From assembly GCA_013239625.1 (NCBI GenBank), contig MU054049.1, forward strand, positions 1,677,892-1,741,891: DNA of 64,000 bases, written 5' to 3'. This DNA comes from Lama guanicoe. Its lineage: Eukaryota. A program made the translations under genes and the position numbers. Each line of letters starts with the position of its first letter. The stretch's first letter is position 1. Below the pieces are notes generated by a model. The model did not search any database. It saw only the letters and a program-made list of their open reading frames with translations, and was not told the DNA's origin. This document shows, in pieces, positions 26,859 to 40,475 of this stretch.

Positions 26859-27435
26859 TAAGGGGAATCCTGGGTCTTTGGGGTGATGCTCCAGGGGTCA
26901 CCCTCCAAATCCCCCTACTCTCCAGCTGCCAAGGCACCCTTGAAGCTTCCAAAGACCCCAGCTCCTCCGCCCCTCCCACCCGCCTCCGCCCACCCCCTCA
27001 TGGAAATGTTGTAGCCAAAGTAGAGGGGAGTTATAACTTTCAGGGAAATAATCTTGCTAAAGTGTCCATCATTTCCATAAAATGCAAACGTGGAGCTATT
27101 TTTTTTCCCACAGGTTCCACCTGACTGAGCAGAGTGAAGGTGGGGAAGTCATCCCTTGTTTTTGGGGGTGTCATAAACAACTGGTTTGAATAGGTTATTT
27201 GAATCGAAGCTATTTCAATTTGCTTGAATTTCCACTGCAACTTGACAAGGGGGCCTTTTTTTCCCAAGGACAGTGCTGGCCCTAACGGGACCCAGACAAG
27301 AGGGCCAGGCATGAGGGATGGGCCCCTCGGGTGGGCCAGCACTGGCAGTGGCGAGGTGTGGTGGGAGCCAGGGGCTGGCAAGTAGATCTGGACCTTGGTT
27401 GTTTGTGCCCTCATTCAGTAAGTGAGCATGGGGAC

Positions 27436-27830
27436 ATTCATTCATTCATCCATTCTTTCATTCATTCATTCATCAAGTATGTGCAGAGCTCGGGTGTGTG
27501 TCAGGCCTGTGGTAGGGCTCTGGGGACACAGAAATGAAGGTGCCACAGGGCCTCAGCTCCATACTTTAGCAGAAGAAATGGACCCCCCCCCCAGTAAACA
27601 CACACACAAAGCAAAAATGTCAGGTGTAAAAAGTGCCAAAACCAGAGAGGCATTCAGACCTCAACCCAAAGAGGACCCGGGAGCCGGATTCTGTCAGAAA
27701 GATGAGGGAGGGTTTTGCAAAGATGGGCCTTGAAGGATGGCTAGGAGTTCGTAGTGCTGGTAGCTGGGGAACAGGTTCATAAGAGATCAGACTGGTTTGG
27801 AGGCCAACTTGTGAGAGAATGGCCAGAGTT
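27436..27830 (-). mobile_element. LINE-2 3' end with (TCAT)n tail
   Basis: ATTCATTCATTC tail followed by TGTGTCAGGCCTGTGGTAGGGCTCTGGGGACACA. Confidence 0.7.
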
Positions 27831-28579
27831 GGGGCACCAAAGGGAAGGTGGGGAAAGGGAGAAATCCCTGGAGGATTTTGTACAGGGGGTTTAAGGGAGA
27901 CAGTGAGGAGACTGTGGGAATAGCACAAGGGAACAGGACAAGGCGTGGCCAGGCTCGGAGTCCGAGGGGTGGGGAGGACTAGTCTACTGTGATCTGCTGT
28001 GCTTGACTGGCTTCTCAGGGGAAGTGAGAGAGGCCTCAGGTGTGTGTTTGTAAAATGGTGCTTGGATCTCAACCCTCGGGGCTGTCCTTGGAACAAGCAG
28101 ACCGCTGGGAGAGTGAGTTGCTGGGCTGGTGAGCCCTGGGTGGAGGAAGGAATCCGCTTACTCTCAGGGATTCGAGCAGGCATCACATGATTCCCAAGGC
28201 CCCAGCTCCCCTTTCCCGAGGACCCGAAGAGCCAAGAGAGGCCTGTAGGTGGGGGAGAAGGAGGAGCCCGGGCTCCTGAGCTGCCCATGGAAGGTGGGTG
28301 GGGTCTGAGTGTTTCCAGGTGGCGGTGGTGGCCGTGAACTCAGCCTGTAGGGGGACAGTACATCAACAGGCCAGACTGAGGGGTGAGTTCCCATGAGAAC
28401 TGGGACCCCTCTGAGTCCTTGATGGGTCCCCAGAACCTGGCATGGCCTCACCCAGAGCTGAGCTCACTTGATGTGGGGGGAATAATTCCAGGAGGGGCAG
28501 GCAGGGAACATCAAGTCCTGGGGGTGGAGGAGTGGGGGTCAGGGTTGCCCACCCAGGGCTCTGTGCACGCGCGTGTGCG

Positions 28580-28602
28580 CACACACACACACACACACAC
28601 AC
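28580..28602 (+). repeat. (CA)n microsatellite, about 11 units
   Basis: cacacacacacacacacacacac read directly. Confidence 0.9.
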
Positions 28603-28878
28603 GGCTGGTGGGCGACTGGTGCGGACCTTGCTGGATTTGCTCCAGCAGGCAGTCAGCCCAGACCCCAGACTCATTATGAAGGAGGAGACTTGTCAGTACG
28701 GGGAGCTGGGGGAAAACCAGGGCTGAAGGTCTCAGTATAGACTCAGGGAATCTTCCTGTGACTCTGACAGGGGTTTGAGGGCAGCAAAGACCTGGGCACA
28801 TCACGAGAGGCTTAGTAGCCATTTGGGGATAAAATGGGTTTTCAGTCACCACCAAAGTCTAGATGAGCAGCTTTTTCT

Positions 28879-29012
28879 TCTTTTTTAAACTTCTGGTTTT
28901 AAAAAAAAAAAAACATTTTTGGGAGGGAGGTAATTAGGTTTATTTATTTATTTTTAATGGAGGGACTGGGGACTGAACTCAGGACCTCATGCATGCTGAG
29001 CTATACCCGCCA
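28879..29012 (-). mobile_element. tRNA-derived SINE, long form with internal deletion of about 19 nt
   Basis: GGTAATTAGGTTTATTT...GGGGACTGAACTCAGGACCTCATGCATGCT/GAGCTATACCC; degenerate TSD agcagctttttct vs agcagctcttgct. Confidence 0.85.
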
Positions 29013-29566
29013 GCACAAGCAGCTCTTGCTGTGGTGACCGTGACCAGGGGCCAGGCCCCAGGCGCTTCCTCCTATAGCACAGCAGGAAGGAGCCTCAGTG
29101 AGGAGATGCTGCTTACAGCCGTCAGAGAAACGGGCTTTCTGCTGGACATAGGGGGCTTTGCGGGTCTGCCCAGATGGCCAGGATGCCAGACACATCTTCC
29201 CAAACAGGTCAAATGAATGAGCTCTTTCAGGCCTACTTCTGTGGGCATTTAGGACTTTGTTTGTGGGCAGTGTTCTGCCCGCCCATGCAAACGTCCCTCG
29301 TGTCCCCATGTCCCTCCCTGCAATCAGACCCACCTCCCCCCGCCTCCAGAGCAGGGCCACTGCCCTACCTGGCCAAGCCTCACCTTCAGCTCAGGGCCTC
29401 CCTGGTGGGCATGCCCTCTGCCACTTCCATACATCAAGGCCTGTCTCTGACGTGCTCCTGGAGGGCAGGGACGGCGTCCTGGACACCTGCAGCACTAGGA
29501 CAGAGACCAAGCTCCAGAAACTCCGTTAGACTGTGTGGTGGGCGTGTTCTGTTTTGCATGCAATGA

Positions 29567-29716
<150 letters not shown>

Positions 29717-32614
29717 TAAGCACGGCCGGCCCAGGTGGGCTGACTCACCAGCTACTCTGGACTCTAGAAGCATCTTGGAGGGGGAGGGGTGACTTTCTGT
29801 GGGCCTAGAGGATGGAGGCATGACCAGGGCAGGCTGTGTGGATGGAGGTGTCACCTAACTGGGTTTCAGAGTGTGACTGCAGTCTCAGAAATGAAAAGGA
29901 AGGATGTTGCAGGAAGCTGGCAAGCGATGGCCCAGGAGCACCGAGCTCACAGGGGAGGGGCGCAGACCTAACAAGGGCCACACAGGTGAGGAGGATGCAG
30001 GCTGGGAATGCTGCTTCTCCTCCTGATCTCACCCAGCCCACCTGGGGCCCTGAGGTGGTGTGGTTCCTCCCCAGTCTTCCCAGCTTTGGTAAGGAAATGG
30101 AGCTAGTATCCCTGCAGTGGGTCAAGTCAAAGATTTGGAGCTTGATTGGTCTCTGTCTCTCATTTCCCCCAACCTCATGTCGGTTCTCCTCCAAATGTCT
30201 GCCCTCCATCCACTGCCATTGGTCCATCCCAAGCCCCTCATCGTCCTGAGCTTAGTCAACCGCAGCAAGCCCCCAGGTCTCTGCCTCCACTCTGGTCCCT
30301 ATAATCCTGTCTTCATGAAGCATGAACTTGGAAATATGCAAATCAAATTCTATCACTTCCCACCACGAACGCTCCCCGTGGCTTCCCACCATGCTTAGAA
30401 CAAAAGTCCAGGCTTAGAAAGGCTCCCTGCAAACCAGCCTCCCCTGGGACCCTCCCCACCCCTCCCCACCCCTCCCCAGCTCTCTTCCTCCTCCAGACCT
30501 TTGCCCTGGCCATGCCTCTGCCCATCCACCTGTCACCACCACTCTTCACAAGCCAGCTCCTTCCCATGGCGCAGGTCTCAGCCCAAGTGTCAGCCCTCAG
30601 AGGCCACCTCAGTCCCCTTGCCACCACACTGCGTTCTTTGTCCTTTGTTGCAGTTGCTAATTCACGCGAATGACCTTGTTCATTGATGCGCTGACTCTAT
30701 TTTCCAGACTGTCCCCCAGGCATGGTATTCTGAGTATCTCTCACTCCTGGGACAGAGTAGGGACTGTCACAGACATGAGAAGACACTACAGGAGTTTTAG
30801 CCCGGGGTGGCACGGCCAGGTGTGTGGGTTAGAAAAGTCTGGACAATGGAAGCTCTGTGCTGGGGAAGAGATGGGGCGTAGGGAGGTGAAGTTTGAGGGC
30901 AGGGGAGGGAACCAAACTGGGCTTTTACAGGAGGCTAAAAGTAAAATGCAGACTAGCCCTTCCTCAAGACAGGGCTGGCTCCTGTTGGTCCCAGGGTTCC
31001 AGAAGCAGCAGCTCATAAACCAGCATGGCCAGTAAATAGCACTGTGCCCACCAGAACCTGCTTTTGGTTTGCACGCAGGGGAGGCAGAAAGTGACTTTGG
31101 ATCAAGCCAGGGCAAGGGGGTTTCGCTAATGAGTAGGTAGCATCCCAGCTCCCAGTGTTCCACGCGGGGCTGTAACTCCTGGGGAAAGGAGTGCAGCCAC
31201 TCGGAGTGTCGTCTGTCAGGCTGATGTCGCCTCACATGAGGACTGTGTTCATCGCCGGGACACCGAGTCCTCGCCAGGATTGAGCTGTGGCAGGACCCAG
31301 CATCTGGAACTGCAGTCCATGCCATTCTGAGACTCCGATAGCATGCAGCTAAAATGGGCCGTGAGGTCAGTGCCACGCCTGGGGACACTGCCACATTGGT
31401 GCCACACTGGCGTGCACTTAAGTGGATGCAAAGCCCAGAAAGGCTGGTGGACACTGCACGGAGCACCCCTCCTCTACCCTCCAGGCAGCTTTGCTGTCAC
31501 CGGATGTGGCCAGAGGGCTCATTGAATAGGCAAAATATGACTGGCTTCTAGTGGAATACATTCTTCAGAGTTTCCACTGTAACAGAAAAAAATTTGAATC
31601 AACTCCTAGGTTCAGCAGAAACCTGGAAGCTGCCTAAATTGGTGTTGATCAGTGACCGGCCAGTGCTCAGCAGGGTGTTTGCCCCCACGGGCTATAGAGA
31701 TACATGAAATGAGCTTCCCTGCCAGAGTCTTGGGGAAATGAGTCTTAAGTGAACTGGAAGTTTATTCACCCTCTTGGCGAGCAACTGTGCTTAAATCAGA
31801 CTCGGTCTTCCCCCTCCTGGAGCTCACCCAGTACGCAAGAGATGCCCCAAGGAGACCAAGATGCAGGGCCACGACTTGCTGTGTGACCTTGGGCTGTCAC
31901 TGCCCCTCTCTGAGTTCTGTGTCTTTCCCCTTCCCCGCCCAACACCAGCGATTTTCCTGACTGGTGAGAAGGGTGCGTGCCAGCCTGGTGTGCCAGTCTA
32001 GGGGTGCCTGCTCAGTTCCCGTGCCCTGGCGGGTGGAGGCAGCGGCCGCTGCTCCTCCCATCACAGACGTGAGGGAGGAGAGGCTCAGCCATGGTACCCG
32101 TGGGTCTGTTTGAAACCCCCGCTGCTCCTGGGCGGTGAGCCTGGGCAACAGCTGACACCCACGAGCCCTAAGGCCCCCTCCCTCCATCCATACTTCCATT
32201 CACAGGTCATGCTTGAATTGTTTTTAAATAAAACAGGATTCCCTCAAGAGTGTGAATGATGAATTATTCCATTCTGTGCTATTAATCAAATATTCATGGG
32301 GTCTCACAGACAATTCTGGGTTTCCCACCTGATGGGACTTTAAAAAAAAAAAGCTGCCAGTCACTACTTCCTTATTTTATATCCACGCAGTCCCACCCAC
32401 ACATGGAAGTGTGCACAGCTCTTCGTTATCCGAGGCTCCCCGACATTCATCTTTGGGGAATCTCCTCCAGAATTCTATTAGCATTAAAATGAAATACTGT
32501 GCCGAGTGAAGTCAGGACTGTAGAAATAAAGCCAGCCGAGGCTATTTTTCTTGCAGCATTTATGACTCCCTGAGAAAGCAGCCCCGCCTGCCACTCCTCC
32601 TTCATCTTGTGCAG

Positions 32615-32756
32615 GCTCCACCAGAGACTGGTGTCCACCTACGAGAGCGCATCCATCCGTCGGTTCCACGAGGGACGGGTGGACAACATTCGATCGGCGA
32701 CCCCGGAGGCGCTGCGCTTTGTGAAAGCCATCGCTGAGCCCACAGCCAATGTGCCG
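32615..32756 (+). CDS. CHAT: CHAT coding exon (142 nt; exon 12 equivalent)
   Basis: cttgtgcag|G...CCG|gtaagt; [47 protein letters not shown]. Confidence 0.97.
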
Positions 32757-32887
32757 GTAAGTCCTGTGGGTCTGACGGGCCTCAGGGAGGCCAGCGAGGC
32801 CGCTGTGGGCTGCCCGTCCACTCGGCCCGGGACTACCTGCTTCTACGGCTTGTCTGTCACTGAGCAGCCTCTCTGATCCATTTACAG

Positions 32888-32950
32888 GATTCAGAGAAGC
32901 TGGCACTCCTGAAGGATGCCATCCGAGCCCAGACCGAGTATACAGTCATG
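32888..32950 (+). CDS. CHAT: CHAT coding exon (63 nt; exon 13 equivalent)
   Basis: catttacag|GAT...ATG|gtgagt; DSEKLALLKDAIRAQTEYTVM; follows a 131-nt intron; read by hand. Confidence 0.96.
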
Positions 32951-34299
32951 GTGAGTGATGTGATGTCGCTGGAGCTTAGGACTGCGGGCTGTGCCCAGAA
33001 CATAGGCCCTGGGTAACAGCTGGGCCACCACATGTGCGGCGATCTGGTGAGGCCACCTCGCCTCTCAGAGCCTCCTCTTTCTTATCTTTAGAACCTGAGG
33101 TACATACTATTCCTGCTTTTTACGTGGATTTTACAAAAATACAATGAATGTTCTTTGAAACAACAATAATGATAATAATAGCGCCCAACACGTACAGCAC
33201 TTTGCAGTTTGTACAAGAGAACTCAGATGCATGGTGGTTTGCATACCTCCCACAATCGCAGGTGAGGCAGTATTTATTCCCATCCAGGGCTGGTTTTGCC
33301 TTCTTATTCTCCATATATTTATTTATACCACCTGTGAATAAAAAAAAAATCTTTGCTGAAAGTTAATGGTGAAATCGAAATTGTAAAGGAAATGTTTCTC
33401 TAGTTTAGGGGAATAATATATTTTCTAGCACTGCGAAGTCATCACTTGCATACAAACAACAGAGAATAAGCTACTACTTGGGCTGGTGATCAATATATTA
33501 ATTGCAAATCCTTCCGATACAGTCTTTGAAGGATTGTATAATCTAAAGAGGAGCTGATTTCATTCTATATACTTGAAAGCAAACATAACACACACTGGGG
33601 TTTCAGAACCTGCCTGTATAGGCTTTTCTCTGATTCAGTTGCTAGGTTCCTGATTCATCTGAATAGTTAAGTGTTTGATTGGTTTGGGGGAAATCAGGCT
33701 TGCTCTCGTGTATTCAGTGGGTATTTTTTGTTTCCCTGCTCAATGCCAGGCAAGGCACTGGGAGCTAAGAAATGAAAAAGTAAGATATCTTTGGGGAGTT
33801 TACTGTGTAGCTGGGCGAAGAGGTCCTTAAATGGCAAATCCAATCCCATGTGCAAAGAGCCTTCAAGGAGTAGTACACAGCATGGGGGAGCAGGCTCGTT
33901 CCTCTGCTTGGGAAAGCCAGGAAGGCTTCTCTGAGGAAGTGGTGCTTTATATGAGACCTAGAAGATGAAGAGGTGCTTATCAGGTGGACACAGAAGGGAA
34001 GGATGGCCCCAGAGGGAACAGCATATGCAAAGGCTAAGAGTCTTAAGAGAATAAGATATAATGGAGGGAAAGCAAGCAAGTAGTTCTATGTGCAGCTTGC
34101 AAAGGACAGAAAAGCAGAAAGCTCATGGCATTGGATTTCCCTGTCACATTGCTTACCCTGGTGACCAGGTAATGACCAGAGAATGACTGGTTGGAGCGGG
34201 TGGTCTGCCAAAGGGCAGGAACTTAATATTATATAATATTAGGGAGAGCTGGTAAAAGGAATGAAGTAGAGTAGGGACAGGAAGTTGAAGAGGAAGACA

Positions 34300-36700
34300 C
34301 AAACTTTGATCAAACATGGTGAACTGAACACAAGGGTTTACTATTGCTCCCTTGGAAACCATCAGAAATATCAGCAAAGGGATGTTTTAAGCCAGAAATA
34401 CATACAGCAAAGAGAATGAGAAAGGAGGTGACAGCAAAGGTTTTGAACTGGAAAGCAGAACAGATGGCAACAGACTTAGCAGAGCAAAGAACGCTGAAAC
34501 CCAAGCCAACAGTGAGGGAGGCCCAGGAGCCCAATGAACTGCACCGTGGAAACTCAGAGTGGCTAAGGCGTTGGAGGCTGCACCAAAAGTAGGGGTGCAT
34601 GTGGGACTGAAAGGAAGAGGATCAGTCGATGGTCTACATGAGAAGCAGTAGGCCCTCAGTGCCTCTCCACTACCCCAGGCAGCCAGGCTACTACCCTCCC
34701 CATCCCCAGTGGTGGTTTAGAAGCTTCCCCTCTGGAGAGGTTGAAGAAGGACTGTAGACTTGGGGACACCACACAGAGCTGAGAGAGGGGATACCAAACT
34801 AAAAAAAGAGGGGGGATTAATCAAACTCTGCTTACTTAGTAGTAAACCCTCCAACCATTCAGCTCTAGGTGTACCAAGAACCCCCTTTATTACCACTTCC
34901 CTCCAAACAGGAGATTAAAGGATTTATCTATGGTGAGACTGACTAGGCCAAGAGAATAAAGTCCCAAATACTGACAGTTGGGGTCCCCAGTAAAGAGCCC
35001 AGCCAGCTTCCCTCCCAGTGAAGTCCGCCCCAGACAAGCACATTGTCACACACATATCCTCTCATCATCTTTCTGGTGCTTTATTCTTAAATGTGAACAA
35101 ATAGCCACAAGTCATCAGACACTGAAGAGAGCTACTAACATAAAGACTAAAACCAGTAGAAATAAGAACTTTTAATTTTTAAATTATTGTTTAATTTTTA
35201 AAAATAATTTAAAAGAAACTAAAAGGAAAGAAAAACAATGCAGGACAGGGGAGAAATTTTTTTTAAATTACACTAGAGATTCTCTGAAAGATAAGGGAAG
35301 TTATTTTATCTGTAAGTAAGAATAAGAAAAACTCCAAAATTTTTTTGTCAGGAAATAAAAATAAGTGTGGGGGAAAATATTGCAGAAAAAAATGCAATGG
35401 AAGGATTGGGAGGTAAAGCCGAGATAATCTCCCCCTGAATACCAATGAAGAGATGAAATATAAGAGAGAAAAAAGGTTCAGTACAGGAGGACTGATATCT
35501 CAAGTAATAGGTACCCGGAAAGAGAAAATAGGTGTTTGTGTGTGTGTCTGATGGGGGGTAGATCAACACAAAATAATTCAAAAAAATTTCCCAGAACAGA
35601 AGGATATGAGTTTCCATATTGAGAGAGCCCACCAGGCATTTTATTTAACAGATAAAAACTACTCACACCAAGGAAATTTCACAACACTAAGGTCAAAGAG
35701 AAGATCCTAACATCTTTCAGAAAAAAAGAATAAAGTACAAAGATCAGGAATAAAAATGTAATTGGACTTCACAACAACATCACTGGAAGGCGGAAGATAC
35801 TAAAACAATGGCTTCAAATTCTGGGGGGAAATTATTTTTAAGGCATATTCCATACCCAGCTAAACTATCAAGTTTGATGATCGAATAATGACATTGTATA
35901 CAGAAGAGGTCTTAAAATGTTTACTTATTAAGCTCTCTTTCTTGTAAAACTATTGGAGGATGTAGAGCACTCATGTAAGAGAATAAAATATGTAAAAAGA
36001 GGTCATAGGCTCCCCAAATTAGAAGATTCAGCACAAGAAAGAGGTAGAGAAAGAGGATGAGAGTAAAGGAAGACCCATGTTGATGGCTGTTCAGCAGACC
36101 CAGGGAGCAGTCAGTCCACAGAGGAGCAAGAACTGAGAGGAGGAATGAAATTGATAAACTATCAGATACATTTTAATACCTTAAGGGAAGTTTTACACTT
36201 CCAGCCGAGGTGTTAGGAATCGATTAGTTATAGAAAGATAAGCAAGTGGGAAAAATCACAATTTAATCGTTTACAAATGGTCGATTCTAGGGAAAACAAA
36301 CAAACAAACAAAAACCTGAGTCAGAAAGGGACCCTAAAACTAACACACTACGAGACTCAGCCGTGGATACTTGCACAGTGAAAATCAGGTCAACTTTGTT
36401 GGTCAAGCAACAAGGAGTTCAAATGTAACTCTACCGGGAAGATAGGGGAGTGGAAGGATTATTTGGGGAATAGGGGTACCAAAGAGCCAAAGTTTCATCT
36501 TCTATAGTAAGAAAACGGAAAAATGCAGTTGAGGCAGCCTACGCATGTTACTTAGAACTAAGACAGTCAATTGCTAAAAGGTTCCAAGTGATCGCTTCTG
36601 TGGAGTGGGAACCAGTGCTGGCAAAGAGACATATGCCTTTGGCTTATTGGGGTTTTCTATATAAACATACAACTTCGATCATAATATAAATTTTTGTGAA
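34300..36700 (+). mobile_element. Decayed HAL1/L1ME-like element (5' region plus ORF1 remnant)
   Basis: A-rich strand with ORF1-like motifs (AAAATTTCCCAGAAC, GAAGATCCTAA, ATTGGACTTC...CACTGGAAG); boundaries approximate. Confidence 0.65.
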
Positions 36701-38645
36701 AAATTTAGAAAACTATCCTCCAAAGCATTGCCATAGGGTTCTGTTGTGTTAACTATTTTAAGCTGATGAAAATGACTAAATAGAAGAGATGGGGCATGGG
36801 GAAAGGAGAGCTATGAAGATGCTTTGAAGGTAAATCCCGTGCCTGATTGGCCATGTGGGGTAAGGGCTGGGAGAAGGTGGCAAGGAAACCTCCAGAGATC
36901 TGCCACGCATATTTGGCAGTGGTGGTGGAGAAAGGAAATTCCAGGGAAGGAGCAAATGTGGTCCAGAGCCCCGATCACACACTCTCATAGCACCTTGTGC
37001 TTTTCCTTCACAGCACTTTCTCAGTTTATGATCACAAGCTTATTTGTGTGGTTGGTGGGTATCGGCCCCCCACCACGTATCAGGCTCCGTGAGGCGGCAC
37101 CTATGGCTGCTTTGTTCTCTAACAGCTGCTCCGGCACATAGTAGGTACTCAATTAAGATTTTCTGAATGAACGGAAGACTGAATGCTGAGTCATTTTACT
37201 CTCTACTTACTCATGGCTCTGACCCAAGCAATCTGTTAAATTAGCCCCAGTTGCTACAGTGAGTTCAGAGATGGTGAAAACAGGGGTGGATTGGTTGCCA
37301 CACGGAGTAGCTGCTCCTGCACCAATCAGCCATTGAACAGCGGTAACCAGAGAAATTGAAAAAGTGCCCTCTGCTTCATAGATGGGCTCACAGTTCTTCC
37401 CCACTCTTCTAACGGGGCCAGCTAAAGTGAGCAGTGGTTGTAAACATGTCTTCTCAGCCTATAATTAGGTGCATTTGGAGAGATGGAGGCCTTTGAGTCA
37501 TCTTTATGCATTTATATTCAACTGAAAGAGAACACCTGTCAAATTCCAAAATGTGACTTGCAAACCTGAATGAAGTTCATTGTGATGGGAGGCTTCCTCC
37601 TCCGCGGGGCGTTAATGGCTAAGTGATCATCTTACATAACTGTGAAGCCCCCAAGAGTTACAACTACCCTTGCGTTGACCCGGAGGTTATTATGAGAGGC
37701 CAGAGGTGGCCCCCATGTCTCCATCAGTCCTCCTCAAATTGCCCCAAATACACACGTCATGCAAGTAAAACCAGTGTGCATGCCACACACACAGCCTCCA
37801 GTGGGGAAGATGTAGAAAAATGAAAAAATTTAGAAAAATATCCTCTGGCCCCACTGCCCAGCTTCCAGCCACACCTCCAACCCTGGGCTTCTCCTATGTA
37901 CAAATCCAGGAGTCCCCACTGCTATTTTTGTATCCTTTGATAAGAGCTCAAATACCTGTGATAAAAAGAAAAATCCTTTCTTCATCCAACAAGCTTTCCC
38001 CTTGAAAATGTCAGCCGAACCTCTGCTAAGATGTTTTGTTCCTGTCTCAAAATTATTCTTAGATGATGAATCCAGTTTAGTTCAATTCATTCCGAGTCCA
38101 TGAAATCGTAACCAAGATTCAGGAACAGACCTCAGTGCCCTCCGTCTCTCATTCCTTAGGCTCCTGCTGGAGGATGAAGTTGGTTGTGGTGAGAGTCTGC
38201 CCAGTGACAGCCCAGGGCACCCCTCCCCATGCCTGGATGGGGCCCAGCACCCGTGTTCCTGCCCAGACTCCTACCCTATCTGAGAGGGTCCTGCGGATGC
38301 CCAGCTGGCCTTGCTCTTTCCACCTAGAGCATCAAGTATTTAGCCACAGCAAACATCAGCAGGGACCATGTTGCAGGGGAACTCAGAATCATTGCCTTTT
38401 AATTCAAGCATCCTCATGTTGGAACCCAACTTGCTCTGGACTCATCCTGTGTACACAGAAATGCACAAGGGCCCAAGGAACAGAGGCCACGTAGTATGGT
38501 GGTCGGTCCTGGGCGGTCACCCACACACAGTGTCCTGCAGCTAACACGGGAGGCACGAGCCTTGAGAGTTGCTATTAGCATTGAGGACTAGAGAGAGGGG
38601 AGGAGGGGGAGTCTCATGTTCTGTTCTTTGTCCCCAATGACCCAG

Positions 38646-38783
38646 GCCATAACAGGGATGGCCATCGACAACCACCTGCTGGGGCTGCGGGAGCTGGCCC
38701 GGGAAGTGTGCAAGGAGCCGCCTGAGATATTCACAGATGAAACATACCTGATGAGCAACCGGTTTGTCCTCTCCACCAGCCAG
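38646..38783 (+). CDS. CHAT: CHAT coding exon (138 nt; exon 14 equivalent)
   Basis: gacccag|GCC...CAG|gtacag; [46 protein letters not shown]. Confidence 0.97.
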
Positions 38784-40475
38784 GTACAGCCCCAGTGTGG
38801 CCACCCCAAAGTGGCTGCTTAGTGGAACCAGTGGGCTCTTTAAACCAGCTCTTTGAAAAAAGAGCTCACTGACTACAGCCCACTGGTTGGAGTCAGGCCA
38901 GTCCTGGCTTTGCTTCCAATGAGCTGCGTGGCCTTCAGCAGAAGGACCTAAATGCTCAGGATGCTGGTTTCCCCATTCGAAATGGTTGTAATCATGAACG
39001 CCACCTCAACAGAGGCGGACAGGATGGGAGAACGCCCATTCTGGTACACTAACCATTACGCTCACTCCCTTTCAACGTTGCCTGAGAGGTGGTGTTCCAC
39101 TGGGGTGACCACAGGCTCTGAAGCCCGACAGACCTAGAGCAAAGTCCTGGCTCAATCAGATGCGACCTGTAGGTAGAAACCCTAGCCCAGCATCTGGCAT
39201 GGGCAGGGTCCTCCAAACAGGTCGCAGCTATTATTGTAAAGGTCTACTGCCAGCCAGCATGGTCCCCCCGCCAGTTCAAAATACCTCCCCTCCCCATCCC
39301 ACTCCCCTCCCCACAAACGTCAGTTTACTAAAACTCCACCTCATCTGCGAAAAGCTGGATGTGGGCAATCAAAAGGGCTGATAAAGTTGTGTTTGAGGAT
39401 AAATCCCACTCAGTAATTTCATCTTGTCATTACGGCAGTGAGCTTGCCGACGTGAGTAAACGAGGGCAGAACACAACCACATAAATTCTTCAGGAAACCA
39501 TCCATGAGCGAAACGTGCTCTGGAATGGCTTTATGGCCTTCATCTGTTGCACGGCAAATTTATCTGACAATGAGGTGACTCTATTAGCAAGACTAATGGT
39601 TTGTTCTGCCCCATTAAAACAGCCAGTGTCATTTCTGGCCTGAGCACACAGAACCTGTGGGTTTAAAAACAAACCCCGCCCTGAAACTGCTCACGAATGT
39701 GTTCTCTTTTCCCTTTAAGACCAGCTAATAAAATTAACTGGGGTATGTTGATTTGCTGTTGGGTTTTTTTTTCCCAACTGAAATGAACATTTATGGCTTG
39801 AATGAATGCCTTCAGAAATACCTTATCTTGGTTTGTGATCCAGATTACAAAATCCCGGCCCCTTTGAATTCAAAACATAGCCGGTACCTAACTAAAACTT
39901 CAGTTGATGGCAATCTTTGAAACGCCCAGCGCTGGGTAATTGTGCGTGGCCAGGCTGCGCGGAGAAAATCAGAGCAGCCAGGCAATACTGACAGTAATTA
40001 AGGATGCGGGGAAAATCAACAGAGAAGACGAGCCAGATTTCCTCCAGTTCATAAATTACTCCCTCTGGGAAGCCATCTACCCGTTGGGTGCCACCCGGGT
40101 GCCATTTAGAAAATTGCTCTGATTGCCTCGGTGATTCAGACAGCCCCCAGGTGAAGGAGAGACTCGGCTCGAGACCCCGCACCAGGTCACTCTGGGAGCG
40201 TCTGACTCCATGAGTAGAGCGGATTTCACACCAGGCAGGGGCTGACGGCCCCTCTTCTTCTGATTCCATGCAGTTAGATGGGTTTGTTTTGATGGCTCTG
40301 GCTGTGGCCGTCCAGGATGGAGCTGTCAGTTGATTTGGTTAATTCAGTCCAACGCCCAGATGGAAAACAGTCAAAGAGAAGCAAATATCCTGTTGAGACC
40401 CCTGGGGTTGCTGGAATGCCCTGCTCTCTAGGAAGCTTTTAGAGCAAGCAGCTCCTGACCTGCCCTCTCCTCCAG

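Noticed and set aside
27620..28288. 222-aa minus-strand ORF
   Set aside because: Pro/Ser/Leu-rich, overlaps an L2 remnant, no recognisable domain; expected by chance in GC-rich intron
30786..31466. 226-aa minus-strand ORF, the longest in the window
   Set aside because: No recognisable family or convincing start context; the DNA may be an unrecognised old repeat, and a Dfam/PhyloCSF check would be needed to reconsider
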